This document shows, in pieces, positions 1 through 11,058 of a stretch of 64,000 bases of DNA (positions within the stretch are counted from its first letter, which is position 1; every line of letters starts with the position of its first letter). The notes under the pieces were generated by a model, which did not search any database, was not told the DNA's origin, and worked only from the letters and a program-made list of their open reading frames with translations. The position numbers and the translations under genes were made by a program. This stretch comes from Desulfomonilia bacterium. Lineage in GTDB: Bacteria; Desulfobacterota; Desulfomonilia; UBA1062. The DNA lies in the NCBI GenBank assembly GCA_963664325.2, contig CAXXDQ010000004.1, forward strand, positions 96,001 through 160,000, in the 5' to 3' direction.

Positions 1-2
1 TC

Positions 3-842
3 TTATAATATTCGTTTAAAATCCAGCTGATTCAAAATAAGTTCCAGGTTGTTTTCACCTATACCGCAGTCACCCAGTGATGCTCCCCTATCAGGTGTAT
101 GAAAATCTGTTCCTCCTGTAAGTATAAGCCCTTCATCCAGGGCAATGGCCTTATATAATTTAGTCTGTTCCCGGGTATGTTCAGGGTAAAAGACTTCCAT
201 GCCGTTTAATCCCGCTTTTTTCATGCTGATGACAAATCTTCTCAGATCGCCCTCTTTAAGTTCAAGGGTGAACGGGTGAGCCAGGACTGATATGCCCCCA
301 TGTCGCTTGATAAGGGCTATCGCCTCTTCCCATGTGAGCTTTTCCTTTTCCACATAGGCAGGCTTTCCCTTTCCCAGATATTTGTCAAAAGCATCATCAA
401 AATCCTTCGCATAGCCTTTTTTAATAAGGGCTTTTGCAATATGGGGTCTTCCTATCTGTGCATCACCGGCAATACGGTTGACTTCTTCAACGGTTACCTC
501 AAGACCAATACTGTTAAGCCTTTCAATAATCCTGGGAAACCTGTCAAGCCTGCCTTTCTGTATTTTTTCCAGGTCACCTTCAAGACCCGATGGAAACTGG
601 CCGAAATAGCCGAGCATATGGAGTGTTCCTGGGTCATATACTGCGCTTATTTCTATACCAGGAATCACTTTGACATTAAGTTCTTTGCCGGACTGCAGGC
701 CTTCAGGAGCGCCTTTTGTAGTGTCATGGTCTGTAATGGCGACTGCCAGAAGCTCCCTTTCTCCGGCAAGTTTTACAATTTCTCCAGGACTCAGGTCACC
801 ATCCGATGCCTTGGTGTGCACATGCAAATCCGCCTTGTCCAT
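3..842 (-). CDS. PHP-domain metallophosphoesterase (TrpH/YciV-like)
   Basis: DLHVHTKASDG, AITDHD, GIEIS, GRPHIA, LAHP and GGTDFH motifs. Confidence 0.85.
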   Translation of the reverse strand: MDKADLHVHTKASDGDLSPGEIVKLAGERELLAVAITDHDTTKGAPEGLQSGKELNVKVIPGIEISAVYDPGTLHMLGYFGQFPSGLEGDLEKIQKGRLDRFPRIIERLNSIGLEVTVEEVNRIAGDAQIGRPHIAKALIKKGYAKDFDDAFDKYLGKGKPAYVEKEKLTWEEAIALIKRHGGISVLAHPFTLELKEGDLRRFVISMKKAGLNGMEVFYPEHTREQTKLYKAIALDEGLILTGGTDFHTPDRGASLGDCGIGENNLELILNQLDFKRIL

Positions 843-1220
843 TTATTGCGCCTCTTTCTGGGATGCGTTCGCTTCCAGCACCTGAGCGATCTTTTTTTTC
901 AGTTCGGACAGGTCGGCTGACTTTACAACATACGCATCTGCAGCAATAGCCTTGATATTGACTTTGAAGCTTCCATATGCACTGCACAGGATAACAGGCA
1001 GATTATAATATTTGTTCCTGATATGCTGCAAAACATCGAGTCCGTTGCTGTCTGCCAATTTTATATCGAGAAGGATGACATCGGGCTTTTCGTTTTCAAT
1101 CAGTTTATGGATGTCTTTCCCGTCAGGTGTTGTGACGACTTCATAACCGTCTTCCTTTAGTTCGTCTGAATATAATGTCCTGATGTGCTTCTCATCATCC
1201 ACAATAAGAACCTTAGCCAT
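843..1220 (-). CDS. Single-domain response regulator (receiver)
   Basis: VLIVDDE, LLDI phospho-acceptor, S/T and K positions present; no output domain. Confidence 0.9.
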   Translation of the reverse strand: MAKVLIVDDEKHIRTLYSDELKEDGYEVVTTPDGKDIHKLIENEKPDVILLDIKLADSNGLDVLQHIRNKYYNLPVILCSAYGSFKVNIKAIAADAYVVKSADLSELKKKIAQVLEANASQKEAQ

Positions 1221-1229
1221 TTCCCCCCC

Positions 1230-2447
1230 CTATTTCTTCCAGCGGTCGACCAGATACGGCTTTGTCTGCTCAAGCTGCAGGCAAATATCCTCAACAACAT
1301 CCTGGGCCTGTAAATTATTCATTGAGGTTGTTTTGTTCGCGTATGAAAGGACTGTGCCCTGGTACATTTTGAACAAAAGTTCCAGTGCCCTCGGTTTGTC
1401 ACAGGTCTTTTGACTAAACCTGATTGCAAAATCGAAAACAATCCTTGCCCAAAGGCTCGACGGCATTTCAAAGAAATCCATTTCGAGAGATGCAATCTCC
1501 CTCAGTTTCTGAAAATTTTCGCCAGACAGTGTTGCCCGGTATGCATCCCAGTTGTCGGAAAACCCGGTCTTAAACTTATGATACAGTATTTCCCTGTTAA
1601 CCATGATCTCCGGGGGCGTTAGTATTTCCCCCTCATCAAACCCGAATATGGCAGTAGGTTTGCTCCACTTTGCTACGGACCAGGATTTGCTGAATGGCTC
1701 CATCATTGAAAATACGGTTGAAACGGTCTGCCTGAAAAGGGGATTGATCTCCATGATGTAATCCCTGGCATGATGAATCTTAGGCGCTCCAAGATACACC
1801 TGGCATATCTGCATTCCCATGTTTATTGCAATTGTAGTCATCCACAAGTCAATGCCGAACTGGGATACGTCCTCGTTCCAGAGAGGGCTTTTCAGAACCT
1901 CTTTGACCATCTCTGAGGACACGCCGAATTCGCCTCCAACAGGCTGCTTCACCCTCCTGCCGTACAGACATCGCGTTAACGGATAGGTAAACAGCGAGCA
2001 CAAAAGGTCGTCATACTTATGCCTCATGTATAGCGATGTCACATATTCAAATCCATTGAGAAGCGGTTCAAGCAGCTTTTTTATCCACAGCGGAGAAATG
2101 TTTCTTATGTCCGAATCGATTATCACTATAGCCTTTGCATCAAGCGCCAAAGCCTTCTTGAAGAGGTTCCTGATATTGTTTCCCTTGCCCTTTATGCCAT
2201 CCGGTGTAGATATGCATATCTTCGGTATGGCGCCGGTTTCGGCATTCATGAAGGCCTTCATTGTGCCGTCCGTGCTGTTGTTGTCGCAATTTATAATCAC
2301 TGCTGATTTCCCTGAAAAATGCTCGCTCAGGGCAATCGCCGCCTGAACGGCAACGTTTGCTATTGTCCCGGCCTCGTTCAGGGAAGGCATCCCTACAATC
2401 AGTTCCGCCTTCTCAATGTTCGCTGGATTGTTTTCAAGTATTTTCAC
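1230..2447 (-). CDS. Glycosyltransferase, glucosylglycerate/mannosylglycerate synthase-like
   Basis: PSLNEAGTI, DNNSTDGT, GKG, DSD, RHKYD, QPVGGEF, FGIDLWMT, KIH; GTG start. Confidence 0.7.
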   Translation of the reverse strand: MKILENNPANIEKAELIVGMPSLNEAGTIANVAVQAAIALSEHFSGKSAVIINCDNNSTDGTMKAFMNAETGAIPKICISTPDGIKGKGNNIRNLFKKALALDAKAIVIIDSDIRNISPLWIKKLLEPLLNGFEYVTSLYMRHKYDDLLCSLFTYPLTRCLYGRRVKQPVGGEFGVSSEMVKEVLKSPLWNEDVSQFGIDLWMTTIAINMGMQICQVYLGAPKIHHARDYIMEINPLFRQTVSTVFSMMEPFSKSWSVAKWSKPTAIFGFDEGEILTPPEIMVNREILYHKFKTGFSDNWDAYRATLSGENFQKLREIASLEMDFFEMPSSLWARIVFDFAIRFSQKTCDKPRALELLFKMYQGTVLSYANKTTSMNNLQAQDVVEDICLQLEQTKPYLVDRWKK

Positions 2448-2521
2448 CTGGAATCTCCAAAAATCCGATTATGTTTAGTATTTTGTGTAAACGTCAATAT
2501 AAATATCAATATGCGTTTTGA

Positions 2522-3349
2522 TCATCCTTTCAGCCTGGGATCAATGGCATCTCTGATGCCTTCTCCGAGAAGATTATAACCCAGTACTGTCATAAGTATT
2601 GCCATGCCGGGGAATACGGACATCCACCAGGCCACACCAAGGACTTCTTTCCCCTGTGTCAGCATATTCCCCCAGCTGGGTGTCGGCGGCTGAACCCCTA
2701 TCCCCAGGAATGACAGGGCGCTTTCCGTAAGAACCGCGCTTGCTATGCCCAGAGTTGCCGATACAAGTACAGGCGCCAGGGCATTGGGAAGTATGTGCAT
2801 GAAGATTATCCTAGGAGCGCTTGCACCTATCGCCCTCTCCGCCAGCACAAAATCACGCTCCTTAAGGCTTAAGAATTCAGCACGCACCAGCCTTGTTATG
2901 CCCATCCAAGAGGTGAGCCCGATAACCGCCATAATGTTGAAAATGCTCGGTTCCAGAAACGCTATTACCGATAGGATAAGGAAGAATGACGGAAAACAGA
3001 GCATTATATCAACAAGCCTCATGATGATCACATCAATCAGGCCTCCGTAATAACCTGATATCGCACCGAGAATTATACCGATGAAAACAGCAATGCCGAC
3101 CGCTACAAATCCAACCTTCAAGGAAATCCCTGCGCCGTAAACCATCCTGGAAAACACATCCCTTCCGAGATCGTCAGTGCCCAGGAGATGCCTGGCAGAT
3201 GGAGGTGAAAGGACATTATCGACATCGATTCTTCCGGGGTCATATGGCGCAATCGCTGATGCAAGTAAGGATAATCCAAAGAAAACAAAGACCACCACAA
3301 GACCTGCCATGGCCAGCTTGTCTCTGAAAAACCGTTTCCAGAATCCCAT
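2522..3349 (-). CDS. oppC: Oligopeptide ABC transporter permease
   Basis: LLGTDDLGRD, EAA loop, LSFLGIGVQPPTPSWG. Confidence 0.9.
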   Translation of the reverse strand: MGFWKRFFRDKLAMAGLVVVFVFFGLSLLASAIAPYDPGRIDVDNVLSPPSARHLLGTDDLGRDVFSRMVYGAGISLKVGFVAVGIAVFIGIILGAISGYYGGLIDVIIMRLVDIMLCFPSFFLILSVIAFLEPSIFNIMAVIGLTSWMGITRLVRAEFLSLKERDFVLAERAIGASAPRIIFMHILPNALAPVLVSATLGIASAVLTESALSFLGIGVQPPTPSWGNMLTQGKEVLGVAWWMSVFPGMAILMTVLGYNLLGEGIRDAIDPRLKG

Positions 3350-4323
3350 TATTTCACCCTTATCCTCGGGTCTGCAATGCTGTATGCGATATCAGCCACA
3401 AGGTTCCCCAACAGCGTCAGGACGGCACCGATTGTCAGACTTCCCATTATCATGTTGTAGTCGCGCATCATTATTGCCTGGTAGAACAGCTGTCCCAGGC
3501 CAGGAATGGCGAATATGCTTTCGAATATGACGCTTCCGCCGATGAGTCCGGGAACCGACAAGCCCAGGATCGTTATGACAGGCAGCATGGCGTTTCTCAT
3601 GGCGTGCCTGTAAATGACCGCGAATTCGCTCAGGCCTTTTGCACGAGCAGTAAGGATATAGTCCTGCTTTACTATCTCGAGCATACTTGCCCGCATGTAA
3701 CGGCTGAGGCCTGCAAGAGAACCGAATGCCGATATGAAAACGGGCAGCATCAGGTGCTTTGTTACATCCCATATCTTTCCCGCCGTCCCGAGTTGTGAAA
3801 AATCCGGCGAGATAACACCCGATATCGGCAGCCAGCCCAACCTGACTCCAAAAAAGTCCATGCAGATAAGAGCAAGCCAGAAGCCGGGTATTGAAAATCC
3901 GATAAAGACAATCACTGTAACCGACCTGTCGTACAGGCTGCCACGCCTGACGGCGGAGAGAACACCGAGAGGTATTGCCAGCAGGAATTCCAGTATGAGT
4001 GCCAAAATATTAATATAGATCGTTATGGGCAGCCTTTCCTTGATTTTCTCCCAGACAGGCCTTTCATCCGATGATATTGACTTGCCGAAATCCAGCCTGG
4101 CGAAATTTTTCATCCAGAGCGCATACTGGACATAAACGGGTTTATCCAGCCCGTAATGCGTCTTCATGCGCTCTATGGCCTGTTTCGAAATGTCCGGGTT
4201 AAGCTCTGACTGCAATGCCGTCGGCTCCCCGGGCGCCAGGTGTATGACCGCAAAGCAGACGATTGTAATACCGATAAACGTGGGGATCAGGACCAGCAAC
4301 CGCTTCGAGAGGTATCTCAACAT
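3349..4323 (-). CDS. oppB: Oligopeptide ABC transporter permease
   Basis: [32 protein letters not shown]; start moved to ATG at 4323 (MLRYLSKR). Confidence 0.9.
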   Translation of the reverse strand: MLRYLSKRLLVLIPTFIGITIVCFAVIHLAPGEPTALQSELNPDISKQAIERMKTHYGLDKPVYVQYALWMKNFARLDFGKSISSDERPVWEKIKERLPITIYINILALILEFLLAIPLGVLSAVRRGSLYDRSVTVIVFIGFSIPGFWLALICMDFFGVRLGWLPISGVISPDFSQLGTAGKIWDVTKHLMLPVFISAFGSLAGLSRYMRASMLEIVKQDYILTARAKGLSEFAVIYRHAMRNAMLPVITILGLSVPGLIGGSVIFESIFAIPGLGQLFYQAIMMRDYNMIMGSLTIGAVLTLLGNLVADIAYSIADPRIRVK

Positions 4324-4324
4324 A

Positions 4325-5959
4325 TCACGGTACTGCCTGATACTTCTGCATGTCCCTGGGTACATACCATTTTATAAAATTATAAGAGATACCCGCAGGA
4401 GCAGGCTCAATCCCCTTGATCCTGGAGCTCACAATAGGCAGACTGTAAGGGACATAGAGGAAGACAAAGGGCAGTTCGTCCGCCAGTATCTCCTGAATCC
4501 TGTTATAGCAAGCCTTCCTTTTACCTTCATCAAATGTATGCCTGCCCGTATCAATTAGCCGGTCAACCTCGTCATTTTTGAAACTTGCCAGGTTGAGGCT
4601 TCCCGGGACAGCCTGGCTCGAATGCCATACTGCATAGCAGTCAGGGTCCTGCAGTATGTTGAAGCCCAGTATTATCGCATCGAAATTATACCTGTCGACA
4701 AACTCCTTGATAAATGATGTCCATTCGATGATCCTGATGTTTACCTTGATGCCCACCTTGCCGAGCCTCTGCTGGATTATCTGGGCGGCCTTTTCCCTGA
4801 GAGAGTTGCCCTGGTTGGTGATAAGGGTGATTTCAAAGGCCTTTCCGTTATTTTCAACAATCCCGTCTCCATTTGTATCCGTATAACCCGCCTGTCTGAG
4901 CAGCTGTGCTGACTTTGCCGGATCATAGGGGTATTTTTTAACTCCGGCGTTGTACCAGACTGTACCCGGTTTATAAGGCCCTGTCGCCTCCATCCCCAGG
5001 CCCATCAGCACACCCTTGATGATCTCGTTTTTGTCTATTGCATATGCTATCGCCTGTCTGACTTTTTTATCGTTGAACGGAGGCCTCCTCTGATTGAAAC
5101 CGAGATAGGTATAGGCGTCGGCAAGATATTTATATTTGGTATAGTCATTATTGAACTCCGGCGTATCGGTCTGCCTGATAAATTGAAGCGGCGTCAAATC
5201 CATCATATCTATATTTTGGGCCTTAAGTTCCATGAACTGTGTCGACTGGTCGGTAATGACCCGGTAAACCGTGCCCAAGAAATATGGCCTGCCCTCGAAA
5301 TATCTCTCGAACGCCTCAAGGACAATCCTGTCTCCCGTCTTCCAGCTTTTGAATTTATAGGGGCCTGTACCGACGGGTGATCTGGAAAGCTCGGTTGACG
5401 CTATATCACGGCCCTTCAGAAGGTGCTCGGGAAGCATTTCCAATCCCCAGCTGATAAGTCCGGGGGCAAACGGCTGATCGTAAACAACTTCAAAGGTATA
5501 GTCGTCAATGACCCTGGCGGACTTTACTTCCTTGTATTTTTCCGCATATGCGGTGGGTGTCTTGGGGTCGATGATAAGCTTGTAGGTAAACATGACATCC
5601 CTGGCTGTGAACGGCTGGCCGTCATGCCAGACAACGTCCTTCCTGAGATGGAAGACTATCGTTTTCCCGTCGTTTTTTATCTCCCAGCTCTCAGCAAGGT
5701 CAGGGATTATCTTGAAATTCTTATCGTATTTTACCAGCCCGTTATAGATGTTAGCCGCAACTTCATGGGAGGCCCCGTCCGTGGCAAGCATGGGAATGAG
5801 GTTGGATGCGTCCCCTATGGATGACTCCACAAAGACATCTCCGTATGCAGGCGTTCCTCCCCAAAGGACCCCCTTCTTCGGGCTATTGTTATTAGTCTTT
5901 GCGCATGCTAGGAAAAAAAAAGACATTATAATAAAAAGAATAATTATTTTCGCTTTCAT
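4325..5959 (-). CDS. oppA: Peptide ABC transporter substrate-binding lipoprotein (family 5)
   Basis: Lipobox [40 protein letters not shown]. Confidence 0.9.
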   Translation of the reverse strand: MKAKIIILFIIMSFFFLACAKTNNNSPKKGVLWGGTPAYGDVFVESSIGDASNLIPMLATDGASHEVAANIYNGLVKYDKNFKIIPDLAESWEIKNDGKTIVFHLRKDVVWHDGQPFTARDVMFTYKLIIDPKTPTAYAEKYKEVKSARVIDDYTFEVVYDQPFAPGLISWGLEMLPEHLLKGRDIASTELSRSPVGTGPYKFKSWKTGDRIVLEAFERYFEGRPYFLGTVYRVITDQSTQFMELKAQNIDMMDLTPLQFIRQTDTPEFNNDYTKYKYLADAYTYLGFNQRRPPFNDKKVRQAIAYAIDKNEIIKGVLMGLGMEATGPYKPGTVWYNAGVKKYPYDPAKSAQLLRQAGYTDTNGDGIVENNGKAFEITLITNQGNSLREKAAQIIQQRLGKVGIKVNIRIIEWTSFIKEFVDRYNFDAIILGFNILQDPDCYAVWHSSQAVPGSLNLASFKNDEVDRLIDTGRHTFDEGKRKACYNRIQEILADELPFVFLYVPYSLPIVSSRIKGIEPAPAGISYNFIKWYVPRDMQKYQAVP

Positions 5960-6005
5960 GAAATTTAAAATATCATAAAGCCCCTTGGAGAAACAAGGTG
6001 ATTAG

Positions 6006-7292
6006 ATGAGACTTTTTGCTGACCTTCACATCCATTCCCGGTTTTCACGCGCGACCAGCAAGTCGCTCAACCTCAAAGCACTGGCGGCAGGAGCCATGAC
6101 AAAGGGAATAACGGTTATTGGTACTGGTGATTTTACCCACCCGGAATGGTTAGAAGAAATTGAGACTGAACTGAAAGATTCAGGCAACGGGTTTTTCTTT
6201 TACCCCGGCCAGGAAGAAATATCTTTTATGCTCACTGCTGAAGTCAGCACCATTTACAAGCAGGATGGCAAGGTTCGGAAAGTCCACCACCTGATAGGCG
6301 CTCCCGACATCAAAGCGGCAAAAAAGATCAGCCGCGCCCTGGCGAGGATAGGCAATATCAGATCGGACGGCAGGCCGATAATCGGTATGAGTTCGAGGAA
6401 TCTTCTTGACCTTGTGCTTACTGCAAGCACTGATGCGTTCATTATCCCCGCGCATATCTGGACACCGTGGTTTTCCGCGCTAGGTTCAAAATCGGGGTTT
6501 GATTCGATTTCAGATTGCTACCTCGACCTTGCGGAATATGTCTTTGCATGCGAGACAGGACTTTCATCCGACCCTCCCATGAACCGAATGGTGAAAGGTC
6601 TTGATGATTATTTTCTTGTCTCAAACTCGGATGCCCATTCAACGGACAAGCTCGGCCGTGAGGCCACGATCTTTGAATGCAAACCAGGCTATTTCGAAAT
6701 ACTGAATGCAATGAAAACCGGAGCCGGCCTTGCAGGTACAATCGAATTTTTCCCCGAAGAAGGCAAATACCACCTCGACGGCCACCGGGACTGCGGCGTG
6801 GTTCTGGAGCCGGAACAGACCAAAAGACTTAAAGGCCGTTGTCCTGTCTGCGGCAAGCCGCTCACAATAGGCGTCCAATACCGTGTTTACGAGCTTTCCG
6901 ACAGGTTTGAAGGCATATCCCCGAAAGCAAGGCCGTTCAGTTATGCCGTTCCTTTAAAAGAACTGCTTGGAGAATGCCTCGAGGTCGGGTCTGCATCTGT
7001 AAAGGTTGAGAGGCTTTATGAATCCCTGACAGGAAAACTCGGGCCTGAACTTAACATCCTGCTGGATGTCCCACTTGAAGATATAGGCAAGGCGGCAGAC
7101 GATAAGTTGCGAAGGGCCATTTCCAATATGCGTACGGGCAGGGTATGCAAAAAGCCCGGTTATGACGGAGTTTTCGGCGTTATAAGCGTGCTTGAGGATG
7201 TTGCCGTCCATACGCAGGAAATCAAACATGAACCGGCATCAATTAATGATGAAATTTCCAATCGCCGAAAAGAACAGTTAACACTCTTCTAG
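6006..7292 (+). CDS. Endonuclease Q family PHP protein
   Basis: DLHIHSRFSRATS, GTGDFTHP, PAHIWTPW, ETGLSSD, SNSDAHS, GKYHLDGHRDC, CPVCGK, PGYDGVFG. Confidence 0.85.
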   Translation: MRLFADLHIHSRFSRATSKSLNLKALAAGAMTKGITVIGTGDFTHPEWLEEIETELKDSGNGFFFYPGQEEISFMLTAEVSTIYKQDGKVRKVHHLIGAPDIKAAKKISRALARIGNIRSDGRPIIGMSSRNLLDLVLTASTDAFIIPAHIWTPWFSALGSKSGFDSISDCYLDLAEYVFACETGLSSDPPMNRMVKGLDDYFLVSNSDAHSTDKLGREATIFECKPGYFEILNAMKTGAGLAGTIEFFPEEGKYHLDGHRDCGVVLEPEQTKRLKGRCPVCGKPLTIGVQYRVYELSDRFEGISPKARPFSYAVPLKELLGECLEVGSASVKVERLYESLTGKLGPELNILLDVPLEDIGKAADDKLRRAISNMRTGRVCKKPGYDGVFGVISVLEDVAVHTQEIKHEPASINDEISNRRKEQLTLF

Positions 7293-7304
7293 TCGAGGGG
7301 GCTG

Positions 7305-8543
7305 ATGGAGAATTTGTTATATCTTATCCCGCTTGTGATTCTCTTGATAATCGGAGCACTGACGTCTGCCAGTGAAACGGCGCTTATGCGTGTAAAAAGG
7401 GTGAGAATCCGCCATATGGCCGAAGAAGGCAATGCCGCCGCCGCAAGGCTCAATAATATCCTGAAGGAGCCGGACAGGCTTTTAAGCACGCTCCTGCTGC
7501 TCAATAATTTTGTCAATATCCTCAATTCCGCCCTGGCTACGGTCGTCCTTGTCGCAATGTTCGGCAATAAAGGCATTTTTTATGCAACCGCAATCATGAC
7601 ATTCATGGTCCTTGTATTCGGTGAGATAACACCCAAAATCATTGCCGCCTACAGGGCCGACGACATGGCGCTTCTTGTCGCAAACCCGATGAAGTGGCTG
7701 ATAATTGCATTAAAGCCATTAGTATTCATGCTCAACTTCGTATCTATGGGAATTGCAAAGCTCTTTGGCGTCAATCCTGAATTTCATGGACAGAGCATAA
7801 CGGAAGAAGACATCGGTTCAGCCATTTATGTCGGACATAAAGACGGTGTCATAACCGAACCGAAGGCAAAAATGCTGATGAATGTCATTGATATTGATAC
7901 TGTTCCGGTGCGCAAGGCCCTGATACCGCTGAGTGATGTAGTCTGTCTTCCCGTTAACACTTCCCTTGATGATATCATAAGGATTGTTACAGCCGAAGAA
8001 TACGCCCGCTACCCTGTTTATGAAGGCACGGTAGACAATATTATCGGTTATTTCCACACCAGGGATGCTTGGAGATATTTTGGGGATAAAAATGCTTTTT
8101 TATTAAAAGACTCCTTAAGGGAAGCTTATTTTATCCCTGAGACCAAGTCAATATCAAGACAGCTAATAGACTTTCAGAAAACACGCAGCCACCTGGCTTT
8201 TGTAGTTGATGAATTCGGCACGGTAAAGGGTATCGTCACACTCGAAGATATCATAGAGGAGATAACAGGCGATATCTCGGACGAGCATGACCAGCCTGTG
8301 GAAGGGATCATGCATGTCGGCCAGCATACGTATATAGTAAACGGAAGCACGCCGCTGAGGGATCTCGAACGTATAATCGACCGCGATTTTCCTGAGGATG
8401 TGGATACCGTAGCCGGCCTGATATATTCACAGCTGGACAGAATACCACGTGAAGGCGAATACATAGAATGGCAGAAATTGCGCCTGGGCATAGAACACAT
8501 GCACGGCAACAGGATAGTAAAAGTCAAAATTACGGTCGGATGA
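7305..8543 (+). CDS. CNNM/HlyC-CorC family transporter (DUF21-CBS-CorC)
   Basis: SASETA, FGEITPK, RYPVY, VVDEFG, TLEDIIEEITG. Confidence 0.9.
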   Translation: MENLLYLIPLVILLIIGALTSASETALMRVKRVRIRHMAEEGNAAAARLNNILKEPDRLLSTLLLLNNFVNILNSALATVVLVAMFGNKGIFYATAIMTFMVLVFGEITPKIIAAYRADDMALLVANPMKWLIIALKPLVFMLNFVSMGIAKLFGVNPEFHGQSITEEDIGSAIYVGHKDGVITEPKAKMLMNVIDIDTVPVRKALIPLSDVVCLPVNTSLDDIIRIVTAEEYARYPVYEGTVDNIIGYFHTRDAWRYFGDKNAFLLKDSLREAYFIPETKSISRQLIDFQKTRSHLAFVVDEFGTVKGIVTLEDIIEEITGDISDEHDQPVEGIMHVGQHTYIVNGSTPLRDLERIIDRDFPEDVDTVAGLIYSQLDRIPREGEYIEWQKLRLGIEHMHGNRIVKVKITVG

Positions 8544-8652
8544 TGTTTATATGTTTTTTACCCTTGATTAAAATTAAATGAAATGGCAATTATTTAAACT
8601 TGCACTTCGGTGCATGATGATAAAACAGGAAAGATCATATTAGGGAGTTTAT

Positions 8653-9654
8653 ATGGAAAAGAAATCCTCAGAAAACAGCAGTGCAGATAAAAAAGGCACC
8701 TGGCTGACCTACAGGCCGGATATAAAGGTCCTTGACTGCACAATCCGAGACGGCGGCCTCATCAACAACTGCAACTTTGATGACGACTTCGTAAAAGCAA
8801 TATATGATACCTGTGTTGCCGCAGGCATCGACTATATGGAAATCGGCTACAAGGGTTCAAGAAAGATTTATTCCCCGTCCGAGTTCGGCACATGGAAATT
8901 CTGCAGCGAAGAGGATGTGAGGCGCATTGTCGGTGACAATGATACGGACATGAAGCTTTCTATCATGGCTGACGCCGAGCGCACGGATTACCATGAAGAC
9001 ATTCCCCAGAAATCTCAGAGCGTAATTGACATGTACCGGATTGCGACATACATTCACCAGGTTCCGACAGCCCTGGACATGGTAAAGGCCATAAACGACA
9101 AAGGCTATGAGACTACCCTTAACCTCATGGCAATCTCGGTGGTAAGAGAGCATGAGCTTGATGAGGCCCTGGAGATAATTGCCCAGAGTGAAGTCAAGGT
9201 CATCTACCTCGTAGACAGTTTCGGCGCACTCTATTCGGAAGACATACAGGACCTTACCCGCAAATATCTCAAATATGCCTGGGCCTCGGGCAAACAGGTC
9301 GGCATCCACACGCACAACAACCAGCAGCTTGCCTATGCAAACACAATCGAGGCGCTTATATTAGGCGCAAGCTTCCTTGATGCAACAGTTGCGGGTCTGG
9401 GCCGGGGAGCCGGCAACTGTCCGATAGAACTTCTGCTCGGTTTTCTGAAAAATCCAAAATTTCATCAAAGGCCTCTTATAAAGTGCATACAGGATCATAT
9501 CGTACCGCTGAGGCAGAAAATATCCTGGGGCTTTGACATCCCTTATATGATCACCGGCCAGCTTAATATCCACCCGCGCTCGGCCATGAGCTTCCTTGAC
9601 AATAACCGCACCGATTATGTTTCATTCTATGACGAGTCGATAGAGGAAGAATAA
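8653..9654 (+). CDS. DRE-TIM metallolyase (4-hydroxy-2-oxovalerate aldolase/HMGL-like catalytic domain)
   Basis: DCTIRDGG, YLVDSFG, GIHTHNN, GLGRGAGNCPIE; SD GGGAG. Confidence 0.8.
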   Translation: MEKKSSENSSADKKGTWLTYRPDIKVLDCTIRDGGLINNCNFDDDFVKAIYDTCVAAGIDYMEIGYKGSRKIYSPSEFGTWKFCSEEDVRRIVGDNDTDMKLSIMADAERTDYHEDIPQKSQSVIDMYRIATYIHQVPTALDMVKAINDKGYETTLNLMAISVVREHELDEALEIIAQSEVKVIYLVDSFGALYSEDIQDLTRKYLKYAWASGKQVGIHTHNNQQLAYANTIEALILGASFLDATVAGLGRGAGNCPIELLLGFLKNPKFHQRPLIKCIQDHIVPLRQKISWGFDIPYMITGQLNIHPRSAMSFLDNNRTDYVSFYDESIEEE

Positions 9655-9665
9655 CCTGCCATGAC

Positions 9666-9691
9666 GGGCAACCCGCATGGCCGGGTTGCCC
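9666..9691. terminator. GC-rich hairpin between convergent genes
   Basis: GGGCAACCCG-catggc-CGGGTTGCCC, perfect 10-bp stem. Confidence 0.65.
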
Positions 9692-9700
9692 CGGTCTGAT

Positions 9701-10978
9701 CTATTCCAGGATTTCAACTTCCACTTTTTCCGTCTTGGCGTAATCTCTGTTGTACCAGAATGAGCCGATGAAAAACATCACACCTGCTATCAGTGAAAAT
9801 ATCGGCAGAAATTTCAATGCGGTCACAAGGTCGAATCTATCGGACATGACACCTATGAATATGGGGCCCAGAGCGCTTCCCAACAGATGCTGAACGATTA
9901 CACACAGGGAATACGATGTCGCGCGCAATCCCGGATGGACGACGTCCTGCGTGATCGCAACAGCGGCAGGGACAAAAGCCGATCCCGCCATGCCTGCAAA
10001 AAGCAGTACCGGATATTCCAGGTTATCCCTCACTACGCTGAAGGCTATGAAAAGGGTAGCAGCCGTTACGACTGAAGACGCCGCGCAAAACAGCGGTCTG
10101 GCGTTTTTCCTTTTCTTAAGCCAGCGGTCTGCAAGAAACCCTCCCAGAGGAGTCCCTATGACGGCAAGGAGTAGTACCAAGGCGCCTTTGGAGCCTGCCT
10201 TTGCCATCGAAAGCCCTTCAAGCCTGTGATAGTATGTGGGAAGCCAGCTGATAAGAGATGTTGTCACAAAAACGCTCCCGGCAAATCCAAGATAGGTGAA
10301 TATGAGCGAAGGCTTATGTATAAAATCACGGCTGACTTCTCTAAAACCCATTGACACTTTTTCGCCGGGTTCTGTTGTTTTATAAAGATCAACGGTCTTG
10401 TAATCCCTGATCCTGAAGAAAAGCAGCGCCACGATAACCCCGGGAATTGCCAGCCATCCGAACGCATGCCGCCAGCCGAAATGGTCGGCAATGAGACCTC
10501 CTCCGATAATTCCCAGAACGCTGCCAAGGGGAATGGAGGCATTCCATAAGCCCATTGCAAATGCCCGCTTGTTTTCAGGGAAGGCCGCTGAAATCATGGC
10601 TGTTCCGCCGGGAGCATATCCCGCTTCACCGATACCGACAGCCGTTCTGGTGACAAAAAGCTGGGAAAAACTGCCGGTAAAAGCGCAGGCCGCCGTAGCG
10701 GCGCTCCATAAAAGAGCCATAATTCCTATTGATTTTTTCCTGCTCCAGCGGTCGACAAGCAGAGCTATCGGAAAAGTGAAAATTATGATCGCCCAATAAA
10801 CTGCTGATACGAATAGTCCGCACTGGGTATCGGTAAGCGACCATTCTTCTTTTAAAAACGGGAACAGCGATACGATGACCTGCCTGTCCATGTAATTGAA
10901 CATGTAGAGCAGGAACAGAAGGAAAAACACATACCATGCATAACGTTTTGAAACGAGATAACCCTGTTCGTCCTTCAT
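9701..10978 (-). CDS. MFS transporter (Spinster-like)
   Basis: NYMDR, DRWSRK motif A, GIGEAG, about 12 TM segments; ATG 10978 preceded by GGAGG. Confidence 0.85.
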   Translation of the reverse strand: MKDEQGYLVSKRYAWYVFFLLFLLYMFNYMDRQVIVSLFPFLKEEWSLTDTQCGLFVSAVYWAIIIFTFPIALLVDRWSRKKSIGIMALLWSAATAACAFTGSFSQLFVTRTAVGIGEAGYAPGGTAMISAAFPENKRAFAMGLWNASIPLGSVLGIIGGGLIADHFGWRHAFGWLAIPGVIVALLFFRIRDYKTVDLYKTTEPGEKVSMGFREVSRDFIHKPSLIFTYLGFAGSVFVTTSLISWLPTYYHRLEGLSMAKAGSKGALVLLLAVIGTPLGGFLADRWLKKRKNARPLFCAASSVVTAATLFIAFSVVRDNLEYPVLLFAGMAGSAFVPAAVAITQDVVHPGLRATSYSLCVIVQHLLGSALGPIFIGVMSDRFDLVTALKFLPIFSLIAGVMFFIGSFWYNRDYAKTEKVEVEILE

Positions 10979-11058
10979 CTTTCCCTCCAGCCTGATCAAG
11001 GACGCAACAACCCGCGTCCCTTATGATATCCTTATATGTCCATGAGACATCAGCTTTC

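Noticed and set aside
8564-8577. TTGAT-TAAA-ATTAA as a third FNR-type box
   Set aside because: Mismatched and in very AT-rich DNA; not distinguishable from chance
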